Assembly: GCA_039801885.1 (NCBI GenBank)
Contig: JBDRVN010000022.1
Location: 1-23,608, forward strand
DNA from: a candidate division WOR-3 bacterium
GTDB taxonomy: Bacteria; Hydrothermota; Tepidihabitantia; Tepidihabitantales; DTDR01
Direction: 5' to 3'
DNA length: 23,608 bases
Of this stretch, positions 16,366 to 23,608 are shown piece after piece; positions within the stretch are counted from its first letter, which is position 1; each line of letters starts with the position of its first letter. A model generated the notes under the pieces. The model was not told where the DNA came from. It made no database searches and was given only the letters and a program-made list of their open reading frames with translations. The translations under genes and the position numbers were made by a program.

Positions 16366-17480
16366 TATTTAAGATAGAAAGAAAGTTCTTTATAGATTTG
16401 AATTAATGGAATCTTTCTTTTTTGGGCAATCTTTTTTATATCTTCGTATTCCCAATTTTTAATTATTTTGCCTTCAATTTCTGCTTCCTTTATTCTTATC
16501 TTTCCATATTTTGTTTTTATCTCTTTAATTTCCCTTTTTAAGGTATCCCGAAAAACTGGATAATATCTAATTCCTAAAGTTTCGGTTTCCGAAAAGATTA
16601 TTTTCACAATTTTATCTTTGTCTTTCTCTTGTATTAAACAAGAAAGTTTATAAGCCGGTCGCATCTTTTTCATAAAGATTGGTGTAATAAAAACATCTAA
16701 AGCACCATTTTTAAATAATAAATCAAATAAGTTTTCAAAGATAAAGGGTGGTAAATGGTCTAAATTTGTTTCTAATAAAATAATCTTATTTTCTTTTTCT
16801 AATAACTCACCATAAATAACCCTTAAAATATTAGGTATCTCTAAATCAAAATACCCCGCACCATAGCCAATTTTATAGATTTTCATTAAAGGTAAGGGAA
16901 TAAAATCATCGCACAGATTTTTGATAATTGCGGCACCTGTAGGTGTGGTCAGTTCGTAATCGTAATTAAGTTCGTAAACCGGTATTCCTTTTAAAATCTC
17001 TAAGGTGGCAAATGCCTTTTTCTTTCCTAATACTACGGGACTGGCATAAATCTTTTTTGGTTTTAATATATTGATTAATATACTTGTGCCACAGATATCC
17101 AATAAAGTATCATAATCCCCAAGTTCGTGAAAATGGGCATATCTTTTTCTCTCACAATGGATTTTGCTTTCGGCTTGGATTAAAGAGTTTAGAATTCTTA
17201 GAGAAAGATTTTTTATCTCTTCTTTTAATTGGGAATTTTCTATTATTTTTATAAAATCCTTTGGTTGGAAATTTCTTTTATTTTCTTTTATCAATTTTAT
17301 TTGATAGGCAGAAATTTCTTTCTTTTTTACTTTTTTAATTTCAAATTTTATTGGTAATTTCAAAAGAGAAAATTCTTTTCTAAAATATTCTATCTCTTTT
17401 TTTGATAAAAGATTTAGAAGACTGGAAAGAACCATATCGCCGCTTATTCCTGTTAGAATATCAAAATAGAGAATTTTCAT
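16365..17480 (-). CDS. larC: Nickel pincer cofactor biosynthesis protein LarC (nickel insertase), divergent
   Basis: YFD..GISGDM.L, HFHELG..D...DI.G, ELTTPTGAAI, GYGAG, LETNLD, GALDVF..PI.MKK.RP, ETETLGIR, EYED. Confidence 0.9.
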   Translation of the reverse strand: MKILYFDILTGISGDMVLSSLLNLLSKKEIEYFRKEFSLLKLPIKFEIKKVKKKEISAYQIKLIKENKRNFQPKDFIKIIENSQLKEEIKNLSLRILNSLIQAESKIHCERKRYAHFHELGDYDTLLDICGTSILINILKPKKIYASPVVLGKKKAFATLEILKGIPVYELNYDYELTTPTGAAIIKNLCDDFIPLPLMKIYKIGYGAGYFDLEIPNILRVIYGELLEKENKIILLETNLDHLPPFIFENLFDLLFKNGALDVFITPIFMKKMRPAYKLSCLIQEKDKDKIVKIIFSETETLGIRYYPVFRDTLKREIKEIKTKYGKIRIKEAEIEGKIIKNWEYEDIKKIAQKRKIPLIQIYKELSFYLK

Positions 17481-18214
17481 AAATTGTTAATCAAATGGGC
17501 TAAATAACCAGCACCAAAACCATTATTGATATTTACTACACACACTCCAGGCGCACAGGTATTTAACATTGTTAATAAAGGTGCTAAACCAGAAAAATGG
17601 GCACCATAACCAACCGAAGTAGGAACTGCAATCACCGGTTTATCGATAAGCCCGCCAACAATGCTTGCCAAAGCACCTTCCATACCAGCAACAACAATTA
17701 TTACTCTTGCTTTTCTTAAACAGTTATAATAATTAAGAAGACGATGAATACCCGCAACACCCACATCATAGATTGTTTCTACTTTATTCCCTAAAATCTC
17801 ACAAATTACCCTTGCTTCTTCCGCAACAGGAATATCAGAAGTGCCGGCTGTGATTATTAATATATTTCCTTTTTTTCTTTTTCTCTTTTTAGATAATAAA
17901 ACAAAAATCCTTGCCTTCTCATAATAAATACCTTCTTTAAATTCCCTTTTTAAAATCTCTGCCTTCTCTTTATCTAAGCGGGTAATTATACAATCTTCTT
18001 TAATTCTTTGATATTCTTGAATAATCTTTTTTAAATATTCAATTGATTTACCTTCGCCAAAAACTATCTCACAAACACCCTTTCTTAAACTGCGGTGGGT
18101 ATCAATTTTAACAATTTCTTTGTCCACAAAGGGTAAATTTTTTAATATATTTAGCGCTTTTTTTACTGAAACCTTTTTATCTCTAACATCTTTTAATAAT
18201 TTTTCATAATCCAT
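17477..18214 (-). CDS. larB: Nickel pincer cofactor biosynthesis protein LarB (PurE-like carboxylase/hydrolase)
   Basis: D.HRSLRKG..E.VFGEGK, TAGTSDIPVAEEA, DVGVAGIHRL, VAGMEGAL.S.VGGL, PVIAVPTSVGYG, MLN.CA.G..VVNI.NGFGA. Confidence 0.95.
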   Translation of the reverse strand: MDYEKLLKDVRDKKVSVKKALNILKNLPFVDKEIVKIDTHRSLRKGVCEIVFGEGKSIEYLKKIIQEYQRIKEDCIITRLDKEKAEILKREFKEGIYYEKARIFVLLSKKRKRKKGNILIITAGTSDIPVAEEARVICEILGNKVETIYDVGVAGIHRLLNYYNCLRKARVIIVVAGMEGALASIVGGLIDKPVIAVPTSVGYGAHFSGLAPLLTMLNTCAPGVCVVNINNGFGAGYLAHLINNL

Positions 18215-18999
18215 TGTAATCCCATTGGCCGATAACCCATCAAATCTAAAAGGATTTCAGAAAAACCAATTTTCTTTAAATTATTAACTATCTTTTTTCG
18301 GTTCTTAATTATTTTCCAATAATCTTCTTCTCCTTTCAACTCAATTTTAGCGTAGTTATCTATTATTCTCAAACGAAAATCTCTTAATCCCAATTTTCTT
18401 AAAATCTCTTCTCCTTTTTCTACTTTTGATAGTTTCTCTTCGTCAATTACTTGATAATAAGCAATACGTGAAGAAAGGCAGGGCGAACTGGGTAAATCAT
18501 AATTAGGGATTTTTAATTCTTTTGCCATTTTTCTTATCTCTTCTTTTCTTGTTTTTAACTTTAAATAGGGACTTTCAATATTTAACTCTTTTAATGCTTT
18601 GATACCGGGACGAAAATCTTTCAAATCGGAATAGTTTGTTCCTTCAATAATTTTATCAACTTTTAAAAAATCTTTTAATAAAATAAGTTTTTTATAGGCA
18701 TCTTTTTTACAGTAATAGCACCTCTCCGGTGGATTTTGAACAAATTTTTTTTCCTTTAATTCTTCAGTAAAAACAAAAATCCCCTCGATCTTAAAAGAGT
18801 TCAGAAATTTTATTGCTCTTTTTAAATGGTCAAGGGGATAAGTGGGAGAAAGAAAAATTACTGGAAAAACATTGTTTTTTTTTAATACCTTTAGAGCCAA
18901 AAAGAGTAATAAAGAAGAATCCACACCTCCGGAAAAAGCAATTATTACTCTTCTATAACTTTCCAACAGCGCTTTCAATTTTGCCAATCTTCTTTTCAT
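18193..18999 (-). CDS. larE: ATP-dependent sulfur transferase LarE (PP-loop)
   Basis: AFSGGVDS PP-loop, NPPERCYYCK, EGTN.SD..DFRPG..A..E..I.SP, PSSPCLSSRI, L.GYR. Confidence 0.93.
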   Translation of the reverse strand: MKRRLAKLKALLESYRRVIIAFSGGVDSSLLLFLALKVLKKNNVFPVIFLSPTYPLDHLKRAIKFLNSFKIEGIFVFTEELKEKKFVQNPPERCYYCKKDAYKKLILLKDFLKVDKIIEGTNYSDLKDFRPGIKALKELNIESPYLKLKTRKEEIRKMAKELKIPNYDLPSSPCLSSRIAYYQVIDEEKLSKVEKGEEILRKLGLRDFRLRIIDNYAKIELKGEEDYWKIIKNRKKIVNNLKKIGFSEILLDLMGYRPMGLQWIMKNY

Positions 19000-20071
19000 A
19001 TTTTTTTATTTCTTTGATAAGCACCTGCGATGCTCTTTTTAAAATTTTTCTATCAATAAATCCCATATGAGAAAAACGGATAATTTTCCCTTTCAAATCT
19101 CCTTGACCATTAGAAAAAAGAATTCCTCTTTTTTCTTTAATTTCTTTAATTATTTGGGTGCTATCAATACCTTCTTTCATTCGAATAATTGTTAAAGCAT
19201 TGGAGGGGGAAAGAGAAAATAATTCCAAATCATTTTTCAATAAAATTTTTCTTACAAAATTGGCATTAATTGCGTGCTTCTGCCAATATCTCTTTATTCC
19301 CAATTTGTTTATTTTCTTTAAACAATTATCAAAGACATAAAGGGTATTGATGGCGGGTGTAAAAGGAGTTTCCTTTTTGTTTAAGAATTTTTCATAATTT
19401 AACAAATCGAAATAATATCGGTAAGTATTAGATTTTTTTATAATCTCCCAGGCTCTTTCGTTGACACACAAAAAAGAAATTCCCGGAATTCCGCCCAAGG
19501 CTTTTTGACTGGCACCACAAAGAATATCACAATAAAAATCATCAAAATAAAACTCATCGGCACCAATACCACAAATGCCATCAACAATCAGAAGCCGGTT
19601 ATTTTCTCGGGCAATTCTGCCAAAATTTTTTATATCCTGTTTTACACCGGTGGATGTATCGGTTAAAGTGGTAAAAATATATTTTATAGTATCATCAAGT
19701 TTTATTTTTCTTTCTACTTCCTCCGGAACAACAGATTTACCGGGTTCGCTTTTTAAAATCTCGACATAATAACTAAAGGACCTTAAAATCTCTCGCCACC
19801 TTTCACCAAACCGACCGCAAGAAACAACTAATGCCTTACCCATTTTGGGTGAAAGATTACTCACCGCTGCCTCCATTGCGCCGGTTCCGGAAGCAGTGAA
19901 GATGAATATTTTATTTTTGGTGAGCAAAATTTTTTGTAATTGAGAAATTACTGAAGATAATAAATTATGGAATTTTTCTTCCCGGTGATAAATTAAATCA
20001 TCGCTTGCTCTTTTTAATAAATTTTTGGGCACATAAACCGGCCCTACCGTTAAAAGAAGATATTTTTTCAT
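18953..20071 (-). CDS. Class-V PLP-dependent aminotransferase (alanine-glyoxylate/serine-pyruvate family)
   Basis: LLTVGPV, ASGTGAMEAAVSN, GRFGERW, DTSTGV, IVDGI, SQKALG (PLP lysine), TPFTP, IRFSHMG. Confidence 0.9.
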   Translation of the reverse strand: MKKYLLLTVGPVYVPKNLLKRASDDLIYHREEKFHNLLSSVISQLQKILLTKNKIFIFTASGTGAMEAAVSNLSPKMGKALVVSCGRFGERWREILRSFSYYVEILKSEPGKSVVPEEVERKIKLDDTIKYIFTTLTDTSTGVKQDIKNFGRIARENNRLLIVDGICGIGADEFYFDDFYCDILCGASQKALGGIPGISFLCVNERAWEIIKKSNTYRYYFDLLNYEKFLNKKETPFTPAINTLYVFDNCLKKINKLGIKRYWQKHAINANFVRKILLKNDLELFSLSPSNALTIIRMKEGIDSTQIIKEIKEKRGILFSNGQGDLKGKIIRFSHMGFIDRKILKRASQVLIKEIKKYEKKIGKIESAVGKL

Positions 20072-20073
20072 TT

Positions 20074-21324
20074 TTACTCCTTTTTAAATATCTCCCTTGA
20101 TTTCTTCAAGGCACAAAATTCTCCGCACATTGTGCAAAAATCTTTTTTTACTCCGTATCTATTATATATTTCTTTTGCCTTTTGGGGATTGATTGCTAAA
20201 CTAATCATTTTTTCAAAATCTAATCTTGCCCGGGCAATAGAAAGTTCTTTATCAAGTTCTATCGCCTTTTTAATTCCCTTGGCAATGTCAGCAATATGGG
20301 CAGCCAATTTCGTGATAATTACTCCTTCTCTTACATCCTCAATTTTTGGTAAACCTAAATGTTCGGAAGGAGTAACATAACAAAGAAAATCAGCACCATA
20401 ATAGGCGGCTAAGGCACCACCAATGCCCGCAACAAAATGGTCGTAAGGAAGTCCAATATCACTTACCAAAGGACCAAGAACATAAAAAGGAGCATTATGA
20501 CAAATAATTTTTTCCAAAAGAATATTAATATAAATATGATTAAGGGGAATATGCCCCGGACCTTCAATCATTACTTTCACTCCTTTTTCTCGTGCTCTTT
20601 CCTGTAATTCTCCTAATACCAATAACTCAAAAATTTGCGGTTCATCGGTTGCATCCAAAATTGAACCGGGACGCAATCCATCACCCAAAGAAAGACAGAC
20701 ATCGTATTCCTTTGCCATTACTAAAATTTCATCGAAATATTCGTACAAAGGGTTTTCTTTATTATTATATTTCATCCATTCAATTACTAAGGAACCACCC
20801 CTTGAAACCACACCGCAGATTCTTTTTTTCTTATATAAAACTTTTAGTATTTTTTTATTTATTCCACAATGAATAGTAGCAAAATCAATACCATCCCGAA
20901 AATGTTTCTCAATAACTTTTAAGAAATCTTTTTCTTTTAATTCAACAAAAGATTTATCATTTTTTCTTGCTTCATAAGGCAATTGATAAATGGGCACACT
21001 ACCGATAGGAATTTGGGCAGCAGCAACTAAACTCTTTCTTATCTCATCCAAATCGCCACCGGTTGATAAATCCATTATGGTATCGGCTCCCGCTTCTTCA
21101 GCAACCTTCAATTTTTTTAATTCTATTTCTATATCACAAATCTCCGGAGAAGTTCCAATATTGGCATTTACTTTTGTTGGTAAACCTTTACCAACAGCAC
21201 AACCAATAATATTACGCTTTCTATTTTTTAAAACTACCACCTCTCCCTTTTTAATCTTTTCTTTTAATTCTTTTAAACTTATCCCTTCCCTTTGAGCAAT
21301 TATTTTTAGATTATTGTTTTTCAT
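20074..21324 (-). CDS. thiC: Phosphomethylpyrimidine synthase ThiC (short form)
   Basis: KVNANIGTS, GADTIMDLSTGGD, G.VPIYQ, VSRGGS, SLGDGLRPG, MIEGPGH, APFYVLGPL, LCYVTPSEHLGLP, C-terminal CTMCGEFC. ATG 21324 follows AGGAG; the ORF track start at 21339 is TTG. Confidence 0.88.
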   Translation of the reverse strand: MKNNNLKIIAQREGISLKELKEKIKKGEVVVLKNRKRNIIGCAVGKGLPTKVNANIGTSPEICDIEIELKKLKVAEEAGADTIMDLSTGGDLDEIRKSLVAAAQIPIGSVPIYQLPYEARKNDKSFVELKEKDFLKVIEKHFRDGIDFATIHCGINKKILKVLYKKKRICGVVSRGGSLVIEWMKYNNKENPLYEYFDEILVMAKEYDVCLSLGDGLRPGSILDATDEPQIFELLVLGELQERAREKGVKVMIEGPGHIPLNHIYINILLEKIICHNAPFYVLGPLVSDIGLPYDHFVAGIGGALAAYYGADFLCYVTPSEHLGLPKIEDVREGVIITKLAAHIADIAKGIKKAIELDKELSIARARLDFEKMISLAINPQKAKEIYNRYGVKKDFCTMCGEFCALKKSREIFKKE

Positions 21325-21943
21325 ACCTCTCCTTTTCAAACTCTAAACAACATAAAAGCCGACCGCAGAAACCAGTAATTTTTTCTCTTTTTTCTTCCAA
21401 ACCTTGAATCCTTACGGTTCTTAACTGCACGTGGGGCGGTTCTTTTAAAAAGGTGGCACAACATAATCTCCGGCCACAAGGTCCATAACCACCAATCTTT
21501 GCCATCGTCTCTCTTGGCGGTAGTAAAATAAAAAAAGCCCTTTTACCAATTAGTTTTCCAAACTCTTTTTGAATACTTGTTAAATCAATCTTTTTATTAC
21601 TAATGGCATAACAAATTAACCTTTTCTCATCAAAAGAATAATAACAGGCGATTGGAATCACATTGTTCATTCCTTTATCATAGAGAAAATTGACAAATCT
21701 TTTATAATATTCCCTTTCTTTCTCTCTTATTTGAAGATATTTTAAGATATCCTTTTGGTCAGCTTTTCTTAAAATTACTCCTTTAACCTCTTCTTCGTTT
21801 TCTAAAAAGCTTTTTACTCTGCCTAATTCTTCACCAAACTTTAACTTTAACAAAACAAAATCACCTTCTTTAAAATTCATTTCATCAATTGGATTACAAA
21901 AAACTTCGTAAAATTTATGAATCTCTACTAAAACTTTACTCAT
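21311..21943 (-). CDS. ricT: PSP1 C-terminal domain protein (RicT/YaaT family, Fe-S)
   Basis: GG.GPCGR.LCC..FL and KITG.CGRL.CCL.FE motifs; N-terminal GD.V.....G.ELG.V...ILRKA. Confidence 0.85.
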   Translation of the reverse strand: MSKVLVEIHKFYEVFCNPIDEMNFKEGDFVLLKLKFGEELGRVKSFLENEEEVKGVILRKADQKDILKYLQIREKEREYYKRFVNFLYDKGMNNVIPIACYYSFDEKRLICYAISNKKIDLTSIQKEFGKLIGKRAFFILLPPRETMAKIGGYGPCGRRLCCATFLKEPPHVQLRTVRIQGLEEKREKITGFCGRLLCCLEFEKERYEKQ

Positions 21944-23172
21944 TTTCTTATTCCTAATTTTTCCATTATTTCATAATTCAAATATTTTTCATAATTAGGA
22001 TAAATATTTTCCTTTGGGTCATTAGTATAAAGCAGAAGGTAATTGCCGTCGCCATGAATATCCATAAAAAGATAGAAATAATTTGTTTGGGAATAATACC
22101 AATATTCATAAGGACGAATATCGATACCAAAACTCTCTATTTCTTTTTTCTCTGGTTCACCATACTTTAAATAGATTCTTCCCCGATCGGTCTCTATTCC
22201 CTTTTTTTTCATATAAGAATAATTAAAATTAACATATTCCGTTCGGGCTTTTAAGGTATCTAAATTAGAAGTAAAAAAATAATTGTCTAAATATTTCCTT
22301 TTACCAATAAGATTTAGTTTTTTATATCGCTCTTTCTCCTTCTTATTTCTTTCTAAAAGATAAAAAAGGGATTCTTTTAAAGAAAAAAGAGAATCTTTTA
22401 AAAAAGAAGTAGCAAGCTTTTCGCTTACCAGATAAAAATCTCTTTTCTCTTCCCAAGTTTTTTGGTTTTCGTCCATTAAAAAAAGTGATAAGGTTTTTTT
22501 CCCTAAGGTTAAATCCTTCAAAGGAATACCAATTGCTTTTGCCATATTTTCAGTACCCTTTATTATCTTCATCAAAGAAAAGTCTTTTTCCAATTTTCCT
22601 TCTTCATTAAAAATTTGATAACCAACAAAAATTGTTTCTTTTTTCAAATTATATAACTCAAAATATAAATAGGCAATTAGGTCCTTATCCAAATTATAAA
22701 CCCTTTCGGGATTAGGAGTATAATAATAACCATTCCGATAAAAATTTCCGCTCTTTTGATCCTTTCCACAACTGGTAAGATAAATAAAAGAAGAAATACT
22801 TGTTTTATTTTGAAAATCGTTTATTATTAAAGAATCTAAGTAACTATTTTTCAAAAATTCAATTTGATAAAGATATTTACCAAAGGGTAAATAAAGTCCA
22901 AAACCGTCAATATATAATTTATTTAAATCTTTATAAGAAGAATAATTGGGTAAAAATATCTTTCTTTCGATCTTTTCTTTTTTTGTTAGTTTTCCTTTTA
23001 TTGAGAAATTTATCTCGTAAGAAAAAAAGGCGGTATCATTAATAATTTTTTCTGGTTTTAAAGAAGAAAGAGGTAAAGAATAATAGAACTCAACAAAAGA
23101 AAAAGTATCTTCTGCCCAAAAAACTCCGTAATCGATAGCAAAAATTTTAAAGAATAGTAACATTGTAATCAT
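21940..23172 (-). CDS. GWxTD domain-containing exported protein
   Basis: Short signal-like N-terminus and Ig-like region; R.EYVN..Y....GIETDRGRIYLKYGEP....PYEYWYY....F.F.D..G.G.Y.L. Confidence 0.85.
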   Translation of the reverse strand: MITMLLFFKIFAIDYGVFWAEDTFSFVEFYYSLPLSSLKPEKIINDTAFFSYEINFSIKGKLTKKEKIERKIFLPNYSSYKDLNKLYIDGFGLYLPFGKYLYQIEFLKNSYLDSLIINDFQNKTSISSFIYLTSCGKDQKSGNFYRNGYYYTPNPERVYNLDKDLIAYLYFELYNLKKETIFVGYQIFNEEGKLEKDFSLMKIIKGTENMAKAIGIPLKDLTLGKKTLSLFLMDENQKTWEEKRDFYLVSEKLATSFLKDSLFSLKESLFYLLERNKKEKERYKKLNLIGKRKYLDNYFFTSNLDTLKARTEYVNFNYSYMKKKGIETDRGRIYLKYGEPEKKEIESFGIDIRPYEYWYYSQTNYFYLFMDIHGDGNYLLLYTNDPKENIYPNYEKYLNYEIMEKLGIRK

Positions 23173-23608
23173 TTTTCGCTCACCAAAACATATTCACCAA
23201 AACCTCTTAAATCAACAAAGATAAATTCTTTGTTATAACGATAATAATACCATTTGATATAAGGTTTTTTATCAATTTCGTAAGGGAAATTTTCTACATA
23301 ATCTGGTTCACCATATTGAAAATAAATTCTTGCTCGATCGGAAAAAACTCCTTTATCACCCCGACTAAAATTTTTCTCACAATATTCAACTTTGGAAAAA
23401 TATTCTCCCTCCGAAATATCCTTCTTTTCCCAAAATTCTCGCCATTTAATCTCTCTCTCTTCTCTTTTTGCTTTCCTTAACTCTTCCATTTCATTAGGCG
23501 TCGCCATATAAATTAAGTAGGAAATCTTTTTAAAATAATCTTTGTCGGAAAGGTAAAAAGGGAAATCTACATAAAAAGAAAAACTTTTTTTAATTTTTTT
23601 ATTAAAAA
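23169..23608 (-). CDS. GWxTD domain-containing protein; 5' end lies outside the window
   Basis: The frame stays open upstream of Met 23507 to the window edge (FNKKIKKSFSFYVDFPFYLSDKDYFKKISYLIYMATPNE). FW...D, GVFSDRARIYFQYGEPD, PY.KWYY, F.FVD..GFGEY.L. Confidence 0.85.
   Translation of the reverse strand, partial: FNKKIKKSFSFYVDFPFYLSDKDYFKKISYLIYMATPNEMEELRKAKREEREIKWREFWEKKDISEGEYFSKVEYCEKNFSRGDKGVFSDRARIYFQYGEPDYVENFPYEIDKKPYIKWYYYRYNKEFIFVDLRGFGEYVLVSEK

Noticed and set aside
18953-20071. Calling the PLP enzyme a cysteine desulfurase supplying LarE
   Set aside because: It lacks the IscS/SufS catalytic Cys loop (SACxS or RxGxHCA) and has AGT/SPT-type motifs.
21324-21400. TPP riboswitch upstream of thiC
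   Set aside because: The thiC start overlaps the ricT coding end, leaving no leader, and no TPP consensus is visible.
2580-23042. Short plus-strand and nested ORFs (for example 4396, 5771, 8656, 10308, 13552, 15836, 18813, 20592, 20990, 22800)
   Set aside because: All lie entirely within well-supported minus-strand genes and show no independent coding signal.

Overview
AT-rich bacterial chromosomal window with almost every gene on the minus strand. The secreted proteins with T9SS-like C-termini, a Kelch-like 'KGNNT.EF' module and GWxTD proteins suggest an FCB-group or WOR-3-like organism (inference). The right half (>23608 to 13469) is one tightly coupled run: two GWxTD-domain genes, PSP1/RicT, thiC, a class-V aminotransferase, larE-larB-larC, a MATE transporter, ECF sigma, zf-HC2 anti-sigma and Spy/CpxP. 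The left half is a cluster of six secreted proteins (mostly beta-propeller and/or CARDB), a split membrane/spermidine-synthase-like pair, and a divergent, apparently leaderless gene pair, one of them frameshifted. The most notable unannotated signal is a ~200-bp leader duplicated upstream of two unrelated secreted-protein genes (about 1003-1205 and 8112-8316). Each copy has a promoter, a perfect palindrome and a stem-loop with compensatory base changes whose G-rich loop can pair downstream, giving a candidate H-type pseudoknot just before the RBS. No rRNA, tRNA, CRISPR array or transposase was seen.
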